A DNA stretch of 55,371 bases from Bdellovibrionales bacterium. Lineage in GTDB: Bacteria; Bdellovibrionota; Bdellovibrionia; Bdellovibrionales; JAMPXM01. The DNA lies in NCBI GenBank assembly GCA_005808505.1, contig SYLX01000104.1, positions 1 through 55,371 on the forward strand. Direction: 5' to 3'. The notes below the pieces were generated by a model. It did not search any database and was not told the DNA's origin. It worked only from the letters and a program-made list of their open reading frames with translations. Both the position numbers and the translations under genes were made by a program. Numbering within the stretch: the first letter of the stretch is position 1; each line of letters starts with the position of its first letter. Below are positions 47,523 to 55,371 of the stretch, piece after piece.

Positions 47523-48623
47523 ATGTTGAGTCAGGCGCAAAGGTCTCGCCAACCGTGGATCCACTCGGCCGCTTTTGATCTCGTCTTCATTTTAGCGCCG
47601 GCGCTTCTGGTGACTTTGTTCGTTCTGGCGCGGCCGGATTGGTTTTCCGGCCCTGTAGCCGTTTCGCCGCTTGCATGGCTTTTGCTCGTTTTGTGCGTGG
47701 ATGTGAGCCATGTCTACTCGACTCTATACAAAACTTATTTTGATCCCGCGGAGTTCCGTGAACGGCGCACGCTCTACACTCTTGTTCCTCTTTTCGTGTG
47801 GCTTGCGGGAGTTGTGCTTTACTCGTTCGGCGCGTTGGCTTTCTGGCGCACGCTCGCTTACTTAGCCGTGTTTCACTTTGTCAGGCAGCAGTACGGCTTC
47901 ATGCGCTTATACTCGGTGGAAGACAATCGCGGTGCGCGATTGTTGAACGCGGCCGCAATCTACGCGGCGACTCTTTATCCACTCGTCTATTGGCACACCA
48001 ATCTCCCCCGTCAGTTTCAGTGGTTTGTTGAAGGAGACTTCGTTTCACTGCCTTGGTCGTGGCTTGAGTCGGTTGCCTTCATCGCTTATGTTGCCGTGCT
48101 CAGTTTATATCTCTTGAAAGAAGTGTGGGTAGGATGGCGGCGGCGAAGTGTGAACTTACCGAGGAATCTCCTGCTTATCGGAACGGCGCTTTCTTGGTAC
48201 GTCGGAATTGTGACCTTCAACGGTGATCTCGCGTTTACTGCTACTAACGTGATCGCGCACGGGCTTCCGTATCTCGCGTTGATTTGGATCACGGGACGCA
48301 AGCGCGAAAGCTCCTTGATCTTCGGAGTAAGGCGCGGATGGGTTTTCGGCGCGATGGCAGCGCCGCTTTTCGTGGGCTTTCTAGTAGTTTTAGCTTTCGT
48401 TGAAGAAGGCTTTTGGGATGCGCTCGTTTGGCGCGATCACACATCGATCTTTGGATTGTTCTCTTTCCTGCCGCAACTTACGGACGCGGCTCTACTGGCG
48501 TTCGTCGTTCCGCTTCTCGCCGTGCCGCAAGCGACTCATTACGTCTTAGACGGATTTATTTGGCGTCGCGGTCGCGTTGTCGCGGCCAGTGAAACAGCGG
48601 CACCAGTTCGTGCGGCTTCGTGA
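47523..48623 (+). CDS. polytopic His-rich integral membrane protein (unknown function)
   Basis: About 9 TM helices with conserved-looking His positions (VDVSHVYS, FHFVRQQYGF, VIAHGLPY, ATHYVLDGF). Starts 3 nt after the upstream stop. Confidence 0.5.
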   Translation: MLSQAQRSRQPWIHSAAFDLVFILAPALLVTLFVLARPDWFSGPVAVSPLAWLLLVLCVDVSHVYSTLYKTYFDPAEFRERRTLYTLVPLFVWLAGVVLYSFGALAFWRTLAYLAVFHFVRQQYGFMRLYSVEDNRGARLLNAAAIYAATLYPLVYWHTNLPRQFQWFVEGDFVSLPWSWLESVAFIAYVAVLSLYLLKEVWVGWRRRSVNLPRNLLLIGTALSWYVGIVTFNGDLAFTATNVIAHGLPYLALIWITGRKRESSLIFGVRRGWVFGAMAAPLFVGFLVVLAFVEEGFWDALVWRDHTSIFGLFSFLPQLTDAALLAFVVPLLAVPQATHYVLDGFIWRRGRVVAASETAAPVRAAS

Positions 48624-48652
48624 TGGTTTAAAGTTCGCCGCGGTGGCGCGAT

Positions 48653-48684
48653 GCATCTCCACAAGGTGCCAGGCACCTTTGTGT
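48653..48684. repeat. copy A of a 32-33-bp palindrome-containing repeat (gcatctccacaaggtgccaggcacctttgtgt)
   Basis: Core perfect inverted repeat AAGGTGCC-A-GGCACCTT (48663-48679). It matches copy B at 51275-51306 in 31/32 positions. Confidence 0.8.
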
Positions 48685-48766
48685 TCACTTCCCGTCCGGA
48701 GCTCGTTACCGATTGGTGGCGCGGCGCTTCTGCAAAAGGAAACTGGTACCGCGGCCCCCGACCCTC

Positions 48767-51124
48767 TCAGCGAAATGGCCGCGCCTGCTTAATGATGATC
48801 GTGCGTGAGGGGCCGTAGATCTTCCACTCAACGTCGATCGCGAAGTCATAAAAATCCTTCTGATAGATCTTCGCGAGTTCGCCGTGTACGTAATGAAGTG
48901 CACGTGCAAGCTCCCGCAGCTCATCGCGCTTTCCCGCGTCAGAGGACTGACCAGAAATCTCGCCCGCTGCTTTTAAAACGGTTTCGCCGTTTTTAACTGA
49001 AGAGGATCGGACACGTTCGAACGGCCACTTCTTCCACGCACCAGCCTTCGCATTGTCGTCGGGGTTCGCGAGGAACGTTGTAACCAACGTCTCCTCTGTC
49101 ACGTAGGACTTCGTTGGATCTTCGCCGACTTCGACCAATTCCTCCTTGGTCGGAGGGTTCGTCACTGCAAGATCATAGTGTTGAGCGTTGATGTAGATCT
49201 TGCCGTCTTCTTCAAAGTTGTAAATGTTTGCGGTGATCGCGACGCCGTTTGCAACTTCCCCTTCTTTGCCGTCGAAATCCAAGCGCGGGAAGGCGCCGTG
49301 AACCGCCAATCCGACTTTGATGTCTAGATGCTGAGAACCGTTCATCGAGTACCACTCGCGCTCAAGGAAAGCGCGTTCGTTCCAGACACCTGCGTAGAGG
49401 CTTGGGATATCTTTGCGAAGATCTTCTTCAATCTTCTCCCACTTCTTCGGCTCGTTGCGATCGAAGCCCTTCTTCTTTTTATAGAGGTTGATCCCGAGCG
49501 AGTCGTAGAGACCTGCGCCCGTGAAGCCTTCTAGGTCTTCGGAGTTCGTGCTGCTGCGGAAGCGGAGGCGCGGATGCTTCGAGATATAAAGAGGCGACGT
49601 CGTATCTTCCATGATCGCGTGGCGAAGAAGATCAACTAAACGCTGCGGGAGTTGCGCACGTGAAACTACGGCGCGAACTTCTTCCAGCGTCGGGCGCACG
49701 ACCGAAATCGAATGAATTTTATCTGGATTGAGCAGATCGCCCTTGTTCAAAATCTCAACGATTCTCTCCTGTGGAGTCATCACCCGCTCAGGATTGGCGG
49801 AGTCGAGACCTTTTTGTTTCAAGTTGATGAATTGCTCATAGAAGTTAAAAGGAATCCCAACCGTATCGGGTGAGATTAAAGTTTCGCTCTTCACGCGGCT
49901 AATGACTTGCGAGAGAACACCGAGGTTCGCCGCTTTTGCTCCCACGATCTGAACCAGACGCGAGTGCTCCTTGCGCGTCGGGCGTTTTTTAAAATACGTG
50001 TCGAGACGGACCAGCTCATTGTCGTAGCGTGGATCAAGAATAAAGCTTGGCTTTCCATTAAGCTTTGGCTTTTTCGATTTCCAGAACGCGGCGATTTGCG
50101 CTTCGGCCTTTGCAGAATCAAGTTCGCGGATCGTGTACTTCGAACCTTCCACACGCAGCTCCACGGCTTTTCCTTCGTACGCACGTAAGGCTTGCTTCGC
50201 GTCTTTCAGATACATGTTCGCGGTGCCGCGGTTCATGCTCTTGACGTTGACGTGCGAGAGCGGTGTTTGCGGCTCCGCCGTCACTACTCCGCCGACAAGG
50301 CCAATTTCGTTCGGAACTTGATCGAACACAGCAATGTCTTTGATTTCAAGTGGCGAAATTCCTGGTCCGCTCACGTTGACGAAACGGACGTATCCGTAAG
50401 CCACTCCCTCGTTCAAAGCCAGATAAGTGATATTTCCCAGAAGATCTTTGGTGAGAACGTAATCCGCCGGAGCAAAGTTCTTCACGACCATTTGCTCCTG
50501 CTCAACACTGAGAGGATGAATCTTCAACTTCAAACTTTTCGGAAGAGAGTCCTGGATATCGCTCGCGAGGCTCAAGAGACCCTGAGCATCCATCGTATCC
50601 CCGCTCCAGAGTTCTAAAAGTGCCGGAGCGCCAACCTTCGTCGGAAGAATCACCGAAGCCAAAGCATATTCACGCTCTGTCAAAGGCCCACTATAGTTAC
50701 GATTGAACTCTTCATTGCCGCGGTTGAAGCCGAGCACTTCACTCGCGTACGAAAAGTGATATTGATACTTCTTCGTGTTGATGAAATGAACTTTACGACC
50801 CGACTTCGCATTGACGTCGTAAACAACTTTGACGACAAGATTTTCGCTCACGCCGATTTTCATACGGCGAGCAAGTTTCTCAAGACCTTCGACTGAAGAG
50901 TCATTCGTTACGTCCGCGACGACTCCGGCCTTCGGTGCTTTTTGAAGTGAGGGCGGAGCGAAACCAGCTGCAGGCGCTTGCTGAACCTGAGAGCGTAAAG
51001 GTTCCAGGCAAACCTGGGGTCCGACGGGACGCTTAGGTGTACCGGGCGGACATTCAGCTCCGTAAGCGTAAGTGCTGTGAACAACGATCGTCATCAGCGC
51101 AAGGAGCAGGCGGCGAGCTGTCAT
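48767..51124 (-). CDS. secreted PEP-utiliser-type protein: phosphohistidine (mobile) -like domain + PPDK_N ATP-binding domain
   Basis: Signal peptide, a mobile-domain-like block (GGVVTAEPQTPLSHVNVKSMNRGTANM), PPDK_N hallmarks (IVGAKAANLGVL; RFRSSTNSEDLEGFTGAGLYDS; C-terminal ...IIIKQARP). GGAGG RBS. Confidence 0.65.
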   Translation of the reverse strand: MTARRLLLALMTIVVHSTYAYGAECPPGTPKRPVGPQVCLEPLRSQVQQAPAAGFAPPSLQKAPKAGVVADVTNDSSVEGLEKLARRMKIGVSENLVVKVVYDVNAKSGRKVHFINTKKYQYHFSYASEVLGFNRGNEEFNRNYSGPLTEREYALASVILPTKVGAPALLELWSGDTMDAQGLLSLASDIQDSLPKSLKLKIHPLSVEQEQMVVKNFAPADYVLTKDLLGNITYLALNEGVAYGYVRFVNVSGPGISPLEIKDIAVFDQVPNEIGLVGGVVTAEPQTPLSHVNVKSMNRGTANMYLKDAKQALRAYEGKAVELRVEGSKYTIRELDSAKAEAQIAAFWKSKKPKLNGKPSFILDPRYDNELVRLDTYFKKRPTRKEHSRLVQIVGAKAANLGVLSQVISRVKSETLISPDTVGIPFNFYEQFINLKQKGLDSANPERVMTPQERIVEILNKGDLLNPDKIHSISVVRPTLEEVRAVVSRAQLPQRLVDLLRHAIMEDTTSPLYISKHPRLRFRSSTNSEDLEGFTGAGLYDSLGINLYKKKKGFDRNEPKKWEKIEEDLRKDIPSLYAGVWNERAFLEREWYSMNGSQHLDIKVGLAVHGAFPRLDFDGKEGEVANGVAITANIYNFEEDGKIYINAQHYDLAVTNPPTKEELVEVGEDPTKSYVTEETLVTTFLANPDDNAKAGAWKKWPFERVRSSSVKNGETVLKAAGEISGQSSDAGKRDELRELARALHYVHGELAKIYQKDFYDFAIDVEWKIYGPSRTIIIKQARPFR

Positions 51125-51274
51125 GGAACCTCCGACCGGAGCAGGTTTTCCTTGGAGAATTCAATGATTAGGCCAATATGGTGGCCGTTAAATCCTGTCT
51201 CGACGGCCGCACGAATGATCAACTTTTAGACGTCCTGCCGATGAACGGTACCAGTTACCTTTTGCTGAAGCACC

Positions 51275-51306
51275 GCATCTCCAAAAGGTGCCAGGCACCT
51301 TTGTGT
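51275..51306. repeat. copy B of the 32-33-bp palindrome-containing repeat (gcatctccaaaaggtgccaggcacctttgtgt)
   Basis: Perfect inverted repeat AAAGGTGCC-A-GGCACCTTT (51284-51302) in the divergent promoter region between the PPDK_N gene and the SDR gene. Confidence 0.8.
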
Positions 51307-51379
51307 CCCCCCGCCCGCACGTTGACACGGGAAATCTCGCAAGATGAAAGTGGATCGACGCTCTTTCGCAGGAGACCCC

Positions 51380-52267
51380 ATGAACCGCAGATCTTCGAAC
51401 CGACGTCTCTCGATTTTGGTAACCGGAGCCTCAACCGGAATCGGTCGCGCGCTCGTAGAGAAGTTCGCTTCCGACGGCCATCAAGTGTTTGCCTCCGTCC
51501 GCAAACCTGAAGACGGCGACTCGCTCAACGCTCTCGCGGGAGAAATTATCCCACTCTTCTTCGATGTGACCGACACGGAGGCCGTCTTTCGATGCGCGAA
51601 GGAAGCCGAGCACAAGAGATATCGCGACCGCGCCTTTTGCATCGTTAACAATGCGGGAATCGCGGTAGGCGGCCCACTCGAAATTCTCGACCTAAAAGAT
51701 TTCAAGCGGCAGTTCGAAGTCAATGTGTTCGGAGTTTTTGCGGTCACTCAGGCATTTTTGCCTTTGGTTCGGGCGATGGAAGGCGGACGCATCGTGAACA
51801 TGAGTTCCGTAAGCGGAAAGTTCGCCTCACCTTTCTTGGGTGCTTATTCTTCATCAAAATACGCGCTTGAGGCTTACTCCGATGCCCTCCGCCGCGAACT
51901 CGCCGTCGACGACATCAAAGTCTTGATCATCGAGCCCGGACCGGTCGCAACGCCAATCTGGGATAAAGGATTGAAGATGCCTCGTCCGGAAGGAGCAAAG
52001 CGCTACGAACAAGCGCTTGATCGCTTCGAGCGTTACGTGGATCACATCGTTAAACGCGCGCTTGAGCCCAAACACGTCGTGCGTGCCGTTGAGCGCGCTT
52101 TACTCGAAAACGATCCTCCGCTTCGCCAAATAGTAACAAGCATCGCGAGTAGAGCCGAGTATCAGCTGATGAACCTGCTCCCCGATAAATGGATTGATAA
52201 AGCTCTCGTTCAGCAGCTCTTCAAACCGACGAAGGCCGAAGCCGCTCAGCGGACCGCGCAGTCTTGA
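51380..52267 (+). CDS. short-chain dehydrogenase/reductase (SDR)
   Basis: TGASTGIGRA cofactor motif, NNAG, and the YSSSK catalytic Tyr/Lys. GGAGA RBS. Confidence 0.85.
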   Translation: MNRRSSNRRLSILVTGASTGIGRALVEKFASDGHQVFASVRKPEDGDSLNALAGEIIPLFFDVTDTEAVFRCAKEAEHKRYRDRAFCIVNNAGIAVGGPLEILDLKDFKRQFEVNVFGVFAVTQAFLPLVRAMEGGRIVNMSSVSGKFASPFLGAYSSSKYALEAYSDALRRELAVDDIKVLIIEPGPVATPIWDKGLKMPRPEGAKRYEQALDRFERYVDHIVKRALEPKHVVRAVERALLENDPPLRQIVTSIASRAEYQLMNLLPDKWIDKALVQQLFKPTKAEAAQRTAQS

Positions 52268-52833
52268 AGTTTAGCCGTGAGGGCTACGCCTTCTACTTCC
52301 GCTTCACCCGAGGCGGATGCTGCAGCTTTTCTAGCAAGAGCCGTGACGTTCGCACGCAAAATCGTGGTTGAACCACACTCGGCTTCGATCGTCTCACTTT
52401 CTCTTGCATAAAAGTCGCGCGCCACCTTTTGAGATCCGTTGAATTCCTTCGAAGCTTTCGGACCTTTCTGACCGGCTTCGAAGACTTCGGCTTCAACAAG
52501 CAGCGAAGCTTGATCCGAGAGTTCAACGCGCCCGAAGACCGCGGGTTTTCCGAGGCTCAACGTTTTTCCGGGAGGCAGCACAATCGGAAGCGCGAGGCTG
52601 CAAGCCTTGCGATCAATTGAACGATCACTGAGCTCGACTTTCATGGAGTTGAAGTAAACGAGCAGCCGGCCCGATCGTTCGCTGTATTGAACTTTTGGTG
52701 CATCAGCGGTTGCCGGACAACCGGGACCAGCAAGTTGCAGCTTCGACCAATCCAAAACTTTGTCCTGAGCGACTGCGTTGAGTCCGAGACCAACACCACC
52801 TAAAAGCAAAGCGAACGCGAAAATTTGTTTCAT
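52246..52833 (-). CDS. secreted hypothetical protein
   Basis: Signal peptide (FAFALLLGGVGLGLNAVAQ) and four Cys; no recognised domain. Confidence 0.45.
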   Translation of the reverse strand: MKQIFAFALLLGGVGLGLNAVAQDKVLDWSKLQLAGPGCPATADAPKVQYSERSGRLLVYFNSMKVELSDRSIDRKACSLALPIVLPPGKTLSLGKPAVFGRVELSDQASLLVEAEVFEAGQKGPKASKEFNGSQKVARDFYARESETIEAECGSTTILRANVTALARKAAASASGEAEVEGVALTAKLQDCAVR

Positions 52834-52960
52834 CTTCTTTCCCCTCCGGAAAGCGCTTTTGGCACCACGAACCTACCCCATCTCATATTCCTGCAGAGTT
52901 TGTGCCGGTAGATTGTGAGGAAAGTGGGATCAGAATGCGTTCAAGAAAGACACTTAGACT

Positions 52961-54727
52961 TCAAAGTGTCGCTTTGAGAACGGATGCTTGAGACGAAGAA
53001 GAGGAAGACAACGGAAGCGTCAGAATGAACGTTGTTTGAGACTCGGTGTTGTCGAGCCGCAACGTGCCACCATGAGCTTCCGCGATGCCTTTCGACACGC
53101 TGAGCCCGAGGCCCGATCCTCTACCACTCTTCTTCGTCGTAAAAAATGGTTCGAAGAGGTGCGCTCGAGCTTCCGCCGAAACACCTGGTCCACTATCGCG
53201 CACGCGAATCTCGATCCAATCGCCTTGGCGTACGGCGGAAACTTCCACCCAACGAAGAGGTGCCGGTGAACCTTCTTCGAAAACAACTTCGCCGATTGCA
53301 TCGTGTGCGTTATTCAAAAGATTCACCAAAATTTGTCCGATCTGAACGAGACGGCAATTGACGATCAGATCCGGGGGAAACGCTTGAATACGAAGCTGGA
53401 TCCCATGAGCCCGGAGCCGCTCGCGACAAAGCTCAACCGCTTCGTTGATCACTCTTTCCAACGGAACGGGCTCGACGGAATCTTGCTCTCCGTTTCGCGC
53501 CATCGTTCGGATCGACCGCACGATCTTTGCGATCTTATCAGTCATTTGCGCGATTTTCTGCGCCGATTTCGAGAGGTCGCGCTGAGCCTGGTCGTTCGAT
53601 TTCTCAACGACCCGTTTGATGATGTCCGAATTTCCGCGAATCACCATAAGCGGATTGTTAATCTCGTGCCCGATCGTGCTCGTCATTTCTCCAAGAGCTG
53701 ACATCTTGAAATTATTGATCATCATGGCACGCTGCTGTTTGATCGTTTCTTCTGCTCGAATGGCTTCGGTGCGATTTCGCATGATGATGATGACCTCATC
53801 TTCGCCAGCGCGCACGCAACGAACTTCAAAAAACTTCGCGTTGTCTTCATTCGACGATGACGACGCCAAATGAAGTTGAAATTCAAGAGATTCGGGACGA
53901 GGACTCTTCGCGAACGCTATGGCCTGCTTGAATCCTGCGTCGAGAAGAGTTGGCGTTGGAATTTCTTCCAACCTACGCCCGATCACGCGCTTGGCTTCAA
54001 GGCCGAGAGGAGTAGAGTCGATCCGGTGGCAGTCGACGACCACACCGTCTTTCCGAACGCGTAAAATTCCGTCCGGAATAGCCGAAAGCAGTGCCTGGTT
54101 CCTAAAGTGCGTCTGTTTCAACTGCGACAAACTCGAAGTGAGCTTGCGATCTGCTTCGCTATAAACAAATCGTGAATACGCCGCTTTCGCCAAGAGCAAC
54201 GTGAACACCAAACCAATGTTCACGTCGTGCAGAAAGCTAGGCGGAGCCATCGGCTGAAGAGAGAGTCCTAGAGTATAGCCTGTGGCTTCCAGCGCGCTAT
54301 AGGGAACCACCGCCGCAAGCACTCCAAAAAGCGTCGCCTTCTTTTCGTGAGAATCAAAAATAAGAAAAGGAACGGTGACAAGCAAAAGAAAGCTGAACTG
54401 CCCACCTGCCTCGCGCCCGTATGCGACGCATGAGACGACGGCGCCGAAACTTAGAGCCAAGATCAAAATGAACCTAGAAAGAAACGTTCGCCCAATTTTG
54501 TTTAGCAGTAGAGTCGCCAGATAGACGAGTGTGAATGCGACTCCGCCCAAAGCCTGTGCGAAGAGGCCGGAAAGAGCATAGGGAATCGCCAAAACGAAAG
54601 CGCAAGACGAGATAAGCACGGCGATGAAGTTCGACTGCCGAATTCTTCGAGCCAAAGACGCCGACGTCGAAGATTGAATACCGACGTCGATAAGTTGTTG
54701 AAAGGCTCTCACGATTTTGGAATGCAT
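52961..54727 (-). CDS. membrane sensor histidine kinase (multi-TM sensor + PAS-like + HisKA + HATPase)
   Basis: About 6 N-terminal TM helices, H-box TIGHEINNPL, and N/G-boxes (LLNNAHDA...DSGPGV...GSGLGLS). Confidence 0.8.
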   Translation of the reverse strand: MHSKIVRAFQQLIDVGIQSSTSASLARRIRQSNFIAVLISSCAFVLAIPYALSGLFAQALGGVAFTLVYLATLLLNKIGRTFLSRFILILALSFGAVVSCVAYGREAGGQFSFLLLVTVPFLIFDSHEKKATLFGVLAAVVPYSALEATGYTLGLSLQPMAPPSFLHDVNIGLVFTLLLAKAAYSRFVYSEADRKLTSSLSQLKQTHFRNQALLSAIPDGILRVRKDGVVVDCHRIDSTPLGLEAKRVIGRRLEEIPTPTLLDAGFKQAIAFAKSPRPESLEFQLHLASSSSNEDNAKFFEVRCVRAGEDEVIIIMRNRTEAIRAEETIKQQRAMMINNFKMSALGEMTSTIGHEINNPLMVIRGNSDIIKRVVEKSNDQAQRDLSKSAQKIAQMTDKIAKIVRSIRTMARNGEQDSVEPVPLERVINEAVELCRERLRAHGIQLRIQAFPPDLIVNCRLVQIGQILVNLLNNAHDAIGEVVFEEGSPAPLRWVEVSAVRQGDWIEIRVRDSGPGVSAEARAHLFEPFFTTKKSGRGSGLGLSVSKGIAEAHGGTLRLDNTESQTTFILTLPLSSSSSSQASVLKATL

Positions 54728-54829
54728 CCAATATACGCATCGAGTAGAGTAGCTCGAAACTTAAGTGATTTGCTCGGAAGTAAGAAGATCGTTGTTCCAG
54801 CCTGAAACACAGATCCTAGATACAATTAT

Positions 54830-55303
54830 TCAACGTTTGAGATTGTTCTTAGCGCGAATACGTGCAATCGCGCTGCGAAGGTCTTCCACCGGCTCATGAT
54901 TCGCCTCGAGACGTAAGACCACGCGCTGCTGGCTTTCGCTCAGCTCCTTCGCTCGGCTCAAAACTTCGATGAGATCTTCGCCGCCGATTGGCTTTTCGAA
55001 ATAATCGAAAGCCCCTAGGCGTAAGGCTTCTTTCATGTGCGAAATTTCACCACTCGCGGTGAGGAACACGAAGGGAATGTTGTTACCGCTCAACCGAACG
55101 GCGTTCATGAATGCCATTCCGCCGAGCACCGGCATCGTGATATCGCAGATGACGACATCAAAAGTACAACGCTTCAGAACCGCGAGCGCTTCGATCCCGT
55201 TTGCGGCAGTCTCGGCGCTCCACCCGTTATCGTGAACGTGGCGGAAGATCAGCTCTGTGATCTCCGGCTCGTCATCTACGATGAGGATGTTTTTCTTTTC
55301 CAT
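54830..55303 (-). CDS. single-domain response regulator (receiver)
   Basis: ILIVDDE...VICDITMPVLGG... receiver motifs; no DNA-binding output. Confidence 0.8.
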   Translation of the reverse strand: MEKKNILIVDDEPEITELIFRHVHDNGWSAETAANGIEALAVLKRCTFDVVICDITMPVLGGMAFMNAVRLSGNNIPFVFLTASGEISHMKEALRLGAFDYFEKPIGGEDLIEVLSRAKELSESQQRVVLRLEANHEPVEDLRSAIARIRAKNNLKR

Positions 55304-55371
55304 CGCGCTCCCGCCCGTTTCTGTGACCTTAAACTCTTCGGCACAAATCGAGCGCAGGTTGAGGAAAAGGC

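Noticed and set aside
1-55371. CRISPR arrays, rRNA genes, complete tRNA genes, integrases or phage structural genes
   Set aside because: No regularly spaced direct repeats, no rRNA or tRNA cloverleaf signatures, and no integrase or capsid motifs were seen on either strand.

Overview
This is a gene-dense chromosomal window of roughly 52% GC, estimated by eye, from a Gram-negative bacterium. Many predicted lipoproteins and secreted hydrolases, Lys/Ala-rich low-complexity tails, and a trypsin-like protease, SNase, lytic transglycosylases and an HExxH protein suggest a Bdellovibrio-like predatory lineage; this is inference with low confidence. Recognisable housekeeping genes include a DEAD-box RNA helicase, ArfB, an M17 leucyl aminopeptidase, an RlmI-like methyltransferase, RmuC, proline iminopeptidase, a NUDIX hydrolase and an SDR oxidoreductase. 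Other content is two two-component modules, a cNMP-binding plus metallophosphoesterase gene pair, a cluster of small stress-associated membrane proteins (GlsB/YeaQ, DUF883/YqjD-like, DUF1469/YqjE-like, DUF1328), one IS1-family insertion (about 17.7-18.8 kb) with about 33-bp imperfect terminal inverted repeats, and three clean intrinsic terminators. I found no rRNA, no complete tRNA and no CRISPR array. The most striking region is an eight-gene, translationally coupled operon (40.6-48.6 kb). It encodes an SPFH/Band-7 protein with a SHOCT tail, two zinc-ribbon-DUF4178 proteins (one fused to a TM segment and MORN-variant repeats), a small Gly-rich membrane protein, DUF350, a membrane-embedded spermidine-synthase-like aminopropyltransferase, a Tat-signal flavin amine oxidase and a His-rich polytopic membrane protein. 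It is transcribed divergently from an XpaC-like/TelA(YaaN)-like pair. This looks like a PspA-less, Psp/YdjGHI-related envelope-stress module coupled to polyamine chemistry and is, to my knowledge, experimentally uncharacterised. Immediately downstream, a secreted 785-aa protein with a PEP-utiliser phosphohistidine-like domain followed by a PPDK_N ATP-binding domain is bracketed by two copies of a 32-33-bp palindromic repeat.
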